Shown piece by piece: positions 36,160-50,199 of a stretch of DNA of 64,000 bases (the stretch's first letter is position 1; each line of letters begins with the position of its first letter). The notes beneath the pieces are model-generated. The model was not told where the DNA came from, did not search any database, and saw only the letters and a list, made by a program, of their open reading frames with translations. A program made the translations under genes and the position numbers. The stretch lies in contig MU626373.1 in NCBI GenBank assembly GCA_025603075.1, positions 2,481 through 66,480 on the forward strand, in the 5' to 3' direction. The DNA comes from Neoconidiobolus thromboides FSU 785 (Eukaryota > Fungi > Entomophthoromycota).

Positions 36160-36795
36160 ATGAGTACCATTGTTTGCGTTGTTGCTTCTATTATAAATGT
36201 GTTATTTTCACTATTACTGTTTGCCCATGCAGTTCATTATTGTTTGTTGTATATAAATTTTGACAGAACTGGAATTGTCGAAAGTATTTATTGTTTGTAA
36301 GTATTAAAAGTCTTAGTTTATATCCATGCAACTAATAATCAAGATTATTCTCTTTATTTTTATTAGCTACCGAAATCGGTAGCATTGAAGCTATGTTTAA
36401 ACGAAACTTTAGATTCATTAAGAAGCCCATGGGAAGAGGACTTGGTAAATTAAATATATACATATTGATAGTATATACTAATATCATTTTATCAGCTTAT
36501 ATATTGTAATTATTATTATCTGATATAATATAATATGATTTTAATTAACTTTATCAGCTTTAGCTTTGTAACACTATCAATTACATGGTATGGGATAGCG
36601 TCTTTATTGAGCTTTATATTCTTTGGATTTGGATTTGTTGTGTTTTCGTTTTTATATCCAAATTATTCATTTTCTTCATTGGTACCATCGTTTAAACTAG
36701 AAGATGAAATTAAAATGATTGAAGCTTCAATTGGTAATCCAAATTCAATAAATCCTAGCATTGGTCAATCATCAGGGCAAGTTGCCAATATTTAA
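36160..36795 (+). CDS. TVP15/COPI-associated-family protein, paralog B
   Basis: Same four-exon structure as paralog A, with a 10-nt micro-exon at 36496-36505. ...SIYCLLFSLFLLATEI...FRFIKKPMGRGLAYIFFSFVTLSITWYG. Confidence 0.7.
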
Positions 36796-37471
36796 TTTAT
36801 TTTAATTAATAAAAGTTGTGTAATTTCACTTTTTTTATATTATACTTTATAAAGCAAGTATTTTCGTTAGTGGATTAAACTAAGACATATGCCTTGAACT
36901 CGATTATTAGAATTCAATTAAAAAACTTGATAAACACCTTAATTTCAATTATTTATGTATTCTTTAAAAATTATGAATACTTTGGAAAGTTTAAGTGGCT
37001 AATTTGACATAAAGAGCAATAGCTCCAAACTGCTAGTCTGAAACAACGGTAGTCTATAGAATTAGCAAAACATAATTTAGAAACTATACTCCTGATTTTT
37101 TTGTATACATTAACCTTAGGAACCCTCAAACCCAGCTATTGCAATATCTGATCTAAATAACTATTCTGCCAACCATACAATAAGGTAAAGGGGGCGGATG
37201 AGTTTAGAAAGCAAGATCTTAAAGTAATATGGTTTTTATAAACGAAAAGAATCTTCAAAGTAAAGTTCATATAGATGAAACCTCTACAGTTATGGTTAAA
37301 TTAAAGTTCCTTACATCCATGATACTTTGAATAAATAAACACCTTATAATACTTTTTAAGGTATGTGCTAGCCCAAAGACTAGAAATAGGGCCAGCTCAA
37401 TACTTTGTTTAAAAGGTTCTTTTTATAAGATTGTTTTATTACTTATTCTTAAATTATAAAAATTTTTCAAA

Positions 37472-37569
37472 TGGGGGTGTATTTTTTTATTTAATTTTAA
37501 TAATGATCTTTTCGCTCAAACAATGCTTAAAAGAATGGAAAAAGTGATGAAATCAAAGAAGCATCCTCA
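37472..37569 (+). mobile_element. MITE family copy
   Basis: TGGGGGTGTATTTTTTT...TCGCTCAAACAATGCTTAAAAGAATGGAAAAAGTGATGAAATCAAAGAAGCATCCTCA. Confidence 0.75.
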
Positions 37570-37689
37570 AACATTTATAAATAAATGTGTTAACCTTGCA
37601 ATTTTAATCATTGACAGGTGATTCTTATTTTACTAATTTAAATTTATTTGAGGAATTTATAAGCTTTTTTAAATACCAATTAAATGATA

Positions 37690-37788
37690 TCGGGGTATTT
37701 TTTGGTTTCATCATTTTTTCCGTTTTTCAAATGCAATTTGAGAGGAAAAATTATTAGTAAAATTATTAAACAAGAAAATACATCCTCA
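37690..37788 (-). mobile_element. MITE family copy
   Basis: ...TTTTTGGTTTCATCATTTTTTCCG...TTAGTAAAATTATTAAACAAGAAAATACATCCTCA|TA. Confidence 0.75.
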
Positions 37789-38386
37789 TATAATAATAAA
37801 TTTCTTATAAATTCTACCATACTTTAAAGTCAAATGACATATTGAATAATACAAATTAAATAAAAAATACAAATTAATGAGCTTCTTATTATTTTTGTTA
37901 TAAAGAAAATCAAATATTCAGTTGTCAAAATATAATATTTAGTAGTACATAGGCAATAATAGCAATTGATGATTGACTAATTCAGCTAATAAGTTTTTGA
38001 CCTATTATCACTAATTTATTACTACTCTTTGGCTATAATAACATAAATTGGTGCTATGTCTATTAGTGTTTTATTGTTTATTCATGATTGCTCAACATTA
38101 GAACAAATATAATTTTAAATATTTTAATTAATATATTTATGATATAAAATTCCAATATTATGCTATTAAATAAACACTTTATTAATTCTATTAAAGCTGA
38201 ATTTTTATATACAAGCTAATTAAAAGTTAGCAAAAGCATAATAGTTATCTATTATGAATATTGCTATTATATAAAAAGTAAAATTATTTTATTAATAAAA
38301 ATTTTATATTTTAATGTTTTAATGTATAAAATTTATAATAAATCAGTATTTTCAGTTGAAATTTTTCTAAATTATTAAATAGCTTA

Positions 38387-38486
38387 TGTGGCTGTGTTTT
38401 CGTGTTTAGGAATTTTACTAACAATTTTTCCACTCAAATAGCGCTTAAAAGATGGAAAAAGTAATGAAACCAAAAAAACATACTCT
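38387..38486 (+). mobile_element. MITE family copy (cluster 2)
   Basis: Near-consensus interior TTTTCCACTCAAATAGCGCTTAAAAGATGGAAAAAGTAATGAAACC. Confidence 0.85.
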
Positions 38487-38510
38487 TGTATTTTTATTTA
38501 AAGTAATATA

Positions 38511-38611
38511 TGGGGATGTATTTTTGTTTTTAAGAATTTCACTAACAAATTTTCCGCTCAAATAGCGCTTAAAAGATGGAAAAAATGCTGAAGCTAAAAA
38601 AGACATCCCCA
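38511..38611 (+). mobile_element. MITE family copy (cluster 2)
   Basis: TA|TGGGGATGTATTTTT...AAAAAAGACATCCCCA|TA; shares its TA with the next copy. Confidence 0.88.
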
Positions 38612-38613
38612 TA

Positions 38614-38679
38614 TGGTGATGTTTTTTTTGATTTGACTACTTTTCCATTTTTTAAGCGCTATTTGAGTGGAAAAATTAC
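38614..38679 (-). mobile_element. MITE family copy, truncated (cluster 2)
   Basis: TA|TGGTGATGTTTTTTTTG...AGCGCTATTTGAGTGGAAAAATTAC, cut off by the next copy. Confidence 0.8.
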
Positions 38680-38779
38680 TGGGGATGTTTTTTTTGATTT
38701 CATTACTTTTCCATTTTTTAAGCACTATTTAAGTAGAAAGATTGTTAGTAAAATTCTTAAACATAAAAATATATCCTTA
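38680..38779 (-). mobile_element. MITE family copy (cluster 2)
   Basis: TGGGGATGTTTTTTTTGATTTCATTAC...AAAAATATATCCTTA|TA. Confidence 0.85.
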
Positions 38780-39580
38780 TATCATTAAAATTAAATACTA
38801 TATTGATTTATTTCTAAAACTATTTATATTAATCAGTTTTTGACTTTATATTTTTTTACTTTTGAGCTATTGTTATTAACAATAAAAATTACATTGTGAA
38901 AAAATAGAATTTTTTAAATAATCTCTACTAAATTTTGTTAATTTTTGTAATTTATTTGTTATATAGATAAGTTTGATTAAAATTTTGATTTTTTGTCTAA
39001 AAAAATTTATATAAAATAAAGTTTGCTTAAAACATAAAATTCTAATATTTAATATTACAATAAAGAGAAAAGGTTATAATTTGAAATTATGGCAAATAAA
39101 GTGTATTCTATATCTTTATTCATATCTTAATTATTAAAGCATCTGGTTTTGCCTTTAGAAGATTATAGTATTTTTATAAAAACTCTTTGTGACTTCTATA
39201 ACGCAATTTTTTATATAATAATATTTATAAATGTTTATTAACAAAACAAAACCCTGTTTATAAATTTCATATAGCTTTATTTGAATCTATATATTTAAAT
39301 ATATCACTAGAAACATTCATATGTATTACTTGAATAGACTTGAGATAAAAAAATATAGACATTGATGATACTCAATTATAATACATACATATTGAACCTT
39401 TATTACATAAAATGACTCAAATTACTAAAGGTCTAAAAAATTGAATTTCTAACTTTGCAAAGCTGCGAATACTTAAAGAATTAGCAGATGAAATTTGAAG
39501 AATCAATCCAATAAAATTCCTCAAAATAGAGTATCATAAAATCAAAAAAGTTTTGAATAAAAAAATTGACCATTTTCAAT

Positions 39581-42500
39581 ATGTCAAATCCTAAAGAAGA
39601 AACAAAATTAAATCCTACTTCAGCCGAAGAAGTTGCTGGTGATCAAACCGCTGCTGACAAAGCTGCTAAAAATGCCGCTAAAAACGAAGCAAAACGTAAA
39701 GCTAAACTTGAGAAATTAGCTGCTAAACAAGCTGCTCAAGCTGCTAAAGCGGAAAGTGTAAGTTCATCATAACTATGGCTGTACTTTTAAACTAACTCTA
39801 GTTAGACTAAAAAAAAGGATAAGACTGACAGTAAAAAAACAAAAGAAAAGGTAGCTTTTGTTAATAAAACAAAACCTGGAGATAAAAAAGGTATTTATTA
39901 ATCTATAAAATTGATATTTTTATTAAATTTAAAAAGATTTGTCTGAGCCATTGGAGTCCACTTATAACGCCATTGCAGTTGAATCAGCTTGGTATGATTG
40001 GTGGGCAAAAGAAGGTTTTTTCAAACCACAACTTACTGAAGATGGTAAAATTAAGCCAGAGGGGGCTTTTATAATACCTATTCCACCACCAAATGTAACT
40101 GGTAGTTTGCATATTGGCCATGCATTAACTGTAGCTATTCAAGATGCTTTGATTCGTTGGAATCGAATGCTTGGAAAAACTGTTTTATTTAATCCAGGTT
40201 GTGATCATGCTGGTATCAGTTGTCAGTCCGTTGTTGAAAAAAATCTTTATAGGCAAGAAAAGAGAACAAGGCATGACTTAGGTAGAGAAGCTTTTGTTGA
40301 TAAAGTTTGGGAATGGAAAGAGCAATATGGTGGTCATATCTATACCCAACTCAAACGTATGGGTGGCTCTTATGACTGGGAACGTGCTAAGTTTACTATG
40401 GACCCTGAACTTAACAAAGCTGTGATTGAAGCATTTGTTAGATTACATGATGAAGGTATTATCTATCGTTCTAAGAGATTAGTCAATTGGTGTGTACATC
40501 TCAACACTGCTCTTTCTAATTTAGAAGTAGAAAATAAAGAGTTAACAGGTTCTACTTGGTTGAATGTCCCAGGTTATGATGAGTCAGAAAAATTCCAATT
40601 TGGGGCTATTCATTCCTTTGCTTATCAAGTTGAAGATACTGAAGAAAAAATTATTGTTGCAACTACACGTATTGAAACTATGCTTGGTGATACTGCTGTT
40701 GCCATTCATCCAGATGATGAAAGATATAAACATTTACATGGTAAACATGTCATTCATCCTTTCAACGGTCGTCGTATTCCAATTGTTTGTGATAGTATTG
40801 CAGTTGATATGGAATTCGGTACTGGTGCAGTAAAGATTACACCAGCTCATGATTTCAATGATTTCGAAGTTGGTAAACGTCATAATTTAGAAAATATTAA
40901 TATCTTAAATGACGATGGTACATTTAATGAAAATGCTGCACCATTCCAAGGTTTAAAGCGATTCCATGCCCGTAAAGCAGTTTTAGCAGCTTTGAAAGAA
41001 AAGAATCTATTTATAGAAACTAAAGATAATCCTATGGTTGTACCAATTTGCTCTCGTTCTGGAGATGTTATTGAACCTTTATTAAAACCACAATGGTGGG
41101 TTAATTGTAAAGAAATGGCCGCTGAAGCTATTAAAGCCGTTGAAGATGGTCAACTCAATATTTTACCAAAAGCTTCAGAACGTGAATGGTTCCGTTGGTT
41201 AGAAAATATTCAAGATTGGTGTATTTCTCGTCAATTATGGTGGGGACATCGTGCACCAGCTTATTTTGTTAAAATTGAAGGTAAAGAACAAAATACAGAT
41301 GATAGTCAATATTGGATTGTTGGACGTAGTTATGAAGAAGCTTTAGAAAGAGCTACTAGTAAATTTGGACCAAATATTAAATTAGAGCAAGATGAAGATG
41401 TGTTAGATACTTGGTTTTCATCTGGTTTATGGCCATTTTCTATTTTTGGATGGCCAGAACAAACAAAAGATTTATCTTTATATTATCCAAATTCATTACT
41501 TGAAACTGGTTGGGATATCTTATTCTTTTGGGTAGCTAGGATGGTAATGATGGGTATTAAATTAACCGGCCAAGTACCTTTTAAAGAAGTTTTATGTCAT
41601 GCTATGATTCGTGATGCTCATGGCCGTAAAATGTCAAAATCATTAGGAAATGTTATTGATCCTGTTGATGTTATTGAGGGTATTACTTTAGAAGAGCTAG
41701 GTGTTAAATTAGAAAAGGGTAACTTAGACCCAAGAGAAGTTAAAAAAGCTAAAGAAGGCCAAAAACAAGATTTCCCTAATGGTATCCCAGAATGTGGTAC
41801 TGATGCTCTTCGTTTTGCACTGTGTGCTTATCCTATTGCAGGTAAATAATAATTACCATATATAAAGTTTAAACTAAATTAAATTAGGTCGTGATATTAA
41901 TTTGGATATCTTGCGTGTTGTTGGATATAGAAAATTCTGTAATAAATTATGGAATGTAACTAGATTTGCTCTTATGCGTTTAGATGAAAAATTCATTCCT
42001 AGATCTGATCCTAAAGTAATTTAAATTAATATTATTAGTTATGATTTATTAATTTTTTTAGGCTACTGGCGAAGAATCTTTAGTTGAAAAATGGATTTTG
42101 AATCGTTTTAATATCGCTGCCATTGAAACTAATAAAGCGCTTGAAGAGCGTAATTTCATGAATGCTACAAACGCTGTTTATAATTTCTGGTTATATGAAT
42201 TATGTGATGTATTTGTTGAAATGATGAAACCAGTAGTAACTGATTTAAGTCCAGAAAATGAAAGTAAACGCCGTTCAATGCAAGATACCCTTTGCATTTG
42301 CTTAGAAGGTGGATTAAAACTTCTCCATCCATTTATGCCTTTCCTTACCGAAGAACTATATCAAAGACTTCCTCGTAGAACTGATGATAAAGTTCCTTCT
42401 ATTTGTATCGCTTCCTTCCCAGTCGGTGAAACTACTTATGAAAATTCAGAAGCTGATGCTTTGTTTGAATCCGCCTATTCTGCTGTTAAATCAGCTAGAT

Positions 42501-42786
42501 CTTTACTAGCTGATAACGGTATAACCAAGGGAGAAGTTAAAGGTAAGTTATAATATTACTATATATATTTATATTTGTTTATATTTATTTTATAGTTTAT
42601 TATTCTACTGTTGATGGTAAAATAGCTGAAGCTCTTGAAGCAAATAAAGCTAGTTTCAAATCCTTAATTAAAGGATGCGAAGTATTTGAAGCTTTAGGTG
42701 ATAAAGATGCTACTACTTATGTTTCTAGTTCACCACAAGCCAATAATTTAATGGTTTATCTTGAATTACCAACTAAAGAAAATTAA
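39581..42786 (+). CDS. VAS1: Valyl-tRNA synthetase (class Ia)
   Basis: Six exons. [14 protein letters not shown] (HIGH), [13 protein letters not shown] and [10 protein letters not shown] (KMSKS), with a K/A-rich eukaryotic N-terminal extension. Ends at ...[13 protein letters not shown]. Confidence 0.96.
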
Positions 42787-43168
42787 ATTAAAGCTTAAAA
42801 ACAACAATTGGTATTTGAACTTTAAAGCTTCCTCCAAGGTCCGATAGTGATAGTATAGAAAGTAGTTTAATAAAAAAATGTGATAAAATATTCAAGCCTT
42901 CGTTATTGTTTTATAAATGCGCTGTACTGATAGTTTAGTAATGAGGCTAATATCTTTAGTTAAATTTAATTTCTATAGATATTAAATATGGATAAATATA
43001 ATTTTGTAAAGAAATCTACAAATTATTTAACTTATTAATTTCATTAAGCTTATATTATACTAAGTATAAACAATTTTAAATCAGTTTAATCAATCTAAAA
43101 TATAAAATTAGAAAAATTCTCCCAAATAGACCTATAAACCCCAAGCAAACTTATTTTTTATTTTGAAT

Positions 43169-43678
43169 CTATTTATCACTTGAAGGCTTCTTAGCACCAT
43201 ATTTCGATCTTGAAGTAGCTCTATTAGCAACGCCTTGTAAATCATATTTACCTCTAATGAGCTTATATTTCACACCAGGTAAATCAGGAGGGCCCCCACC
43301 ACGAACAAGTACTACTGAATGTTCTTGTAAATTATGACCTTCACCCGGAATATAAGCAATGATAGTTTTTCCATTACTTAATCGAACTCGTGCTACTTTA
43401 CGTACAGCTGAATTAGGTTTCTTTGGTTTTGTAGTGTATACTTTCACACAAACACCTTTTTTCTGTGGATTGCCATCGAGAGCTGGACACTTGGATACAT
43501 TGGGCTTGGTTTTACGACAACCTCTTATTACTTGATTTAAAGTCGCCATATTACTCGTTTGAGTTTGTACCACAGTTAAACGATTAATGGGGTTAGTTAA
43601 GTTGGATTTGAGTAAATTAAAAGTTGGTGTCTTGGTTAAGGTTAACCCCCTCATTAGGGTACATAACATTGTTGACAT
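43169..43678 (-). CDS. MRPS12: Mitochondrial ribosomal protein uS12m
   Basis: Intronless: presequence then MATLNQ...[33 protein letters not shown]...[18 protein letters not shown]...DLPGVKY. Confidence 0.95.
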   Translation of the reverse strand: MSTMLCTLMRGLTLTKTPTFNLLKSNLTNPINRLTVVQTQTSNMATLNQVIRGCRKTKPNVSKCPALDGNPQKKGVCVKVYTTKPKKPNSAVRKVARVRLSNGKTIIAYIPGEGHNLQEHSVVLVRGGGPPDLPGVKYKLIRGKYDLQGVANRATSRSKYGAKKPSSDK

Positions 43679-43922
43679 TTTTTTTGGTTAACTATTTTAA
43701 AAATGTAAAAAATCTATAATTTTTAAAAAAGTAAAAATTTAAAAAATCTTGAATACTCCAGAATTGAGTAGATTTCAAAAATTGCAAAAGTTAATTCAAT
43801 TGAAGAATTAATTGAATTTCAAATTAAAGCGAAGAGAGTTGAAAATAAATAAAAATCGAAAGTTTTAAATTTTTATTTTACAAAATATATACTTTTATTA
43901 AAAAGAGAAAAAAAATCTAACG

Positions 43923-44222
43923 ATGCATCCTACCTTAACACCCCATAAACATACAGAATGTATATCACAAATCATGGCCTTAAACAATTGTCATTTAAAT
44001 CATCCAATTAAAAAATATTTTGGTGAATGTAATGATTTGAAAATTGAATTAAATAAATGTCTGGCTTTAGAGGTAATTGTTACTTTATTATAAAAACAAG
44101 ATCAAATTAAACTAATACAATACTATATTAAGTTTGAAGGCATACGTTCAGCTAATGCTAAAAAAGCTAAAGATGCTAAAAAAAGACGTGAAGAATTATG
44201 GAAAGAATTTGAAGATAAATAA
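43923..44222 (+). CDS. CMC2: Twin CX9C mitochondrial COX assembly protein
   Basis: Two exons: MHPTLTPHKHTE-C-X9-C-HLNHPIKKYFGE-C-X9-C-LALE followed by a basic helix. This is the CMC2 N-terminal pattern. Confidence 0.88.
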
Positions 44223-44539
44223 ATGAATTTAGATATTGGCTTTTTGTTTTATGTTTGAAATGAAATTGATTGTTTAATTTAATAAACAAACATATTTCAT
44301 TGCTAATTATAGTATTTAATATTTAAAGTTTACTATCAATTACTTCAGGTTAACTACTTTAACGTAAAGATATAGTTTACAATGTTTTATTTAATGATTT
44401 TGAACTATTAAATACCTATTCGGTTTTATTACTAAAATTAAGATTAGTTTATATTTAATAATATATTACAATACAATATAAACAATAAACTAGAAAAAAA
44501 AAAAGGATAATTATTTTATAGAATATCGACCAAGATTTT

Positions 44540-46879
<2,340 letters not shown>

Positions 46880-47160
46880 TTTTTATATATATTTTGAAAA
46901 TAGAACAAAGATAATAAAAAAAGAGTTGTAAATCTAATTAATTTTTAATTCACTAAAAATAACCTCAAAAATTTCATTGAAAAATTATTGAGAGTTATCC
47001 AAATAAGTCAACTCTCGATTCTTGCCACATCAATAGTTGGAATTATGCAAATAACAGTTGTTTAGGTGGCTTTGAAAAACTTCAAAAAAAGTCATTCAAT
47101 TTTCTTTTATTGATTTTTAAAAAAAAAATCAAAATTTCAATATAAAATAAACAAATATAA

Positions 47161-50136
47161 ATGACCACTCCAATAAATAATAAATCCACTACAATAAACT
47201 CCAATAAAAGTTTATCATCAGGTAGAATTCAATAACTGATATTGAAATAATTACAACTAATACTTGATTTTGTTAGATCCAAAATATTTAAAATTCAATT
47301 ACTCTATTGAACGTACATTGTCAGCATTTGAAAGTGTAAGTGAGTGGGCGGATGTCTCTGCATTTTTATCGCGTTTACAAAAAGTAAGCTATTTTAATTC
47401 AAAGTTCAAAGTTCAAAATAAAAATATATTCCATACGAATCATATAAACTAAACCCATTCAATTAATCATTTTCTCTGTTTATAGTGTTTTGAAACATAT
47501 CCTCAATTTAAAGTTATACCGCATAAATTATTATTAGCAAAAAGGTTAGCTCAATGTTTAAATCCAGCTTTACCAACGGGGGTTCATCAAAAAGCACTAT
47601 TAGTTTATCAAACTATTTTTGAACAGATGGGGGTAAGTTTTGATCTTCTTAATATTGGTGTTTTAATATAAGATTTTAATGGAGATGATTGTTTTTAGTC
47701 TGATCTATTAGCCCAAGATTTAGCTATTTATGCTTATGGTTTATTTCCGTTTATGCAATTTGCATCCATGACGATTAAAGTAAGTTTTATTTTATTTGGT
47801 TATCTTTTTACTAACTTTTCTCTTTTAGTCTCAATTATTAAAGATTTATGAAACTTATATAGTAACTCTCGATAAGTCATTAAGACCGTGTACAAAAAGT
47901 CTGATAATATCTTTATTACCTGGAATTGAGGAAGAAGGGAATGAATATTTTGAACAAGTATTTAAATTATTAGATTCATTATCGATCAAAGTAGGTCAAG
48001 ATTTCTATTTACAAGCAATGTGGTTAGCACTTATTTCTACACCTAAAATTCGATGTGCAGGGATTAATTTTTTAATCAAAAGATTTCCTAAGATAAAAGA
48101 TGGTAAAGGTAAGTAGACTATGAAGCTGAAAGAAGAAGAAATGGAGTATTAATGATTTTGTTTTTTTAGAATTATCAGAGATATTAGGAAATGATTTAAA
48201 CCTAATGATCAATGCCATCTGTGCTACTTTAAATGATAAAGATCATTTGGTGAAAAGAGGCATGTTGGATATTATTATTAAATATTTGCCACCCAATTTA
48301 AAGTAAGTTGAATTATATTAAATATAATAATAATAATGATTAATTTCATTTTTATATTTGATATTATTAGTATATTAACAGAAGATCAACTATGTCAGTT
48401 GATGATCTCATTACTATCGATATTTTTAAGTAGGGATATGTCTTTAAATAGAAGAGTTTATGCTTGGTTATTAGGTAATTCTTGACATAATATGATGATA
48501 TGAATGGTGATATTTATTTGTATTTTTATTATAAAAAGGAAGTGGAGAAACCATGGAAGTAACTATTAATTATTTTAAAGCTTATTGTTTAAACGCAATG
48601 AGTTTAGCTATTAAAGTAAGAAATCATATTTATTTTATTATATATTTTATTATTAATCTTCTTCAATAATAGAGAATGTTTGAGTTGAACACAACATCAC
48701 TAAATGAGTTGCAAAAACCATATCGTATATTAATTTCATTAATGGACAAGCAAGAATTAGGGCCTGTTATGTTACAATATCATTTTGATACTATAATGAA
48801 TAGAAGTTATTTACAATGTAAAAAGAATTTATTATATGAAAAAGAATTAATAATGAACTCAAAATTATTTTTGGATACAATTGAACCTTATTTTATTTGG
48901 TCTTATATTAATAGGACATTAAATCAATTAGAGATCGAAGGAGATGAAACGAATTATAAATTGGAATTGATATTATTTGTATTTAATATATTGGAATTTA
49001 ATGAAGAAGAAGTAGAATTTATTCATCTACCTTGTTTTTTAATTCGATGTTTACAGTTACTGCAAACGAAGAAACAACAATTAGATTTTTTCAAATATCA
49101 AAAAAATGTATTAATGACATTAGAATTAATTACTTCATCAATGTCGAAATTACCAAAAGATATATTTAAACTTGAGATTACTATAGAGAATGATAATATA
49201 GAGGATAGGGATATTACAAAGTTAATTAGAAATTATTATAATCCAATAAAACAACAAGGAAATGAAGATGAAGAAAATGAAAATGAAAATGAAAATATCA
49301 ATACAACTCAATTATTATTTAGTAAAATTAAGGGGTTTAATTTATTTAACATTATATTATATAAATTATTGATCATTGGGAAAAGTATTTTATTACATTT
49401 CTTACAAAATAATCAACAACAAGAAATAATTAACAATAATAATAATCAATTATTTATATCAATATCCGAATTATTAAAACAATTGACTTCATTTCCATTT
49501 GATTTAAATACATTTTATACGTTTTATGAAGTTAATAATAATAATATAAAGGATAATTTAAAACGTAATGGGTTACAATTAATTAATGAATTTACAACAA
49601 ATTTAGTTTTATGTTGTTATAAAGTAGAAGATTTTATTATAATTGAAAGTTCAATCAAATGTTTAGTTGATTTAACATTAAAACAAATAACTTTAAATCA
49701 AACTTATTTAACGAAAGAAATATTATTATTAATATTAGATAAATTATGGGATAATTTAAATGAATCAAATGAACAGTACCAATCTAATATAATTGAATTA
49801 ATTTGGTTATTAAGTAGTTTATATGATATTAAATTAATTGAAAATTATATTTCAATGAAAATAAGTGAATCCAATTTAAATAACAATAGTAATTTCAATA
49901 AGTTTGGATTATTTTGGGAAATATCGAAATTAAATGGACATGATATAGCAAAATATTTTTATCAACCATTATTAATTGTATTAGATTTGTTAGAACATAA
50001 TGATATACAAATTAAACAAAGAAGTCAATATTGGATTCGAAATTATATTATTTCGTATAATGACATATTTAATGTTATGATAGATACATTAATTAGTTTA
50101 GATTTTAGAAGAATTCTAATTAATAAGAAAAAAGAA

Positions 50137-50199
<63 letters not shown>

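Noticed and set aside
37081-37120. YTPDFFV, resembling a PD-(D/E)xK nuclease motif
   Set aside because: Flanked by stops, with no downstream (D/E)xK; likely chance.
39554-39583. Near-cognate upstream start (TTG 39566) that might add a mitochondrial presequence to ValRS
   Set aside because: An in-frame TGA at 39554 limits the extension to 5 residues, too short for a targeting peptide.
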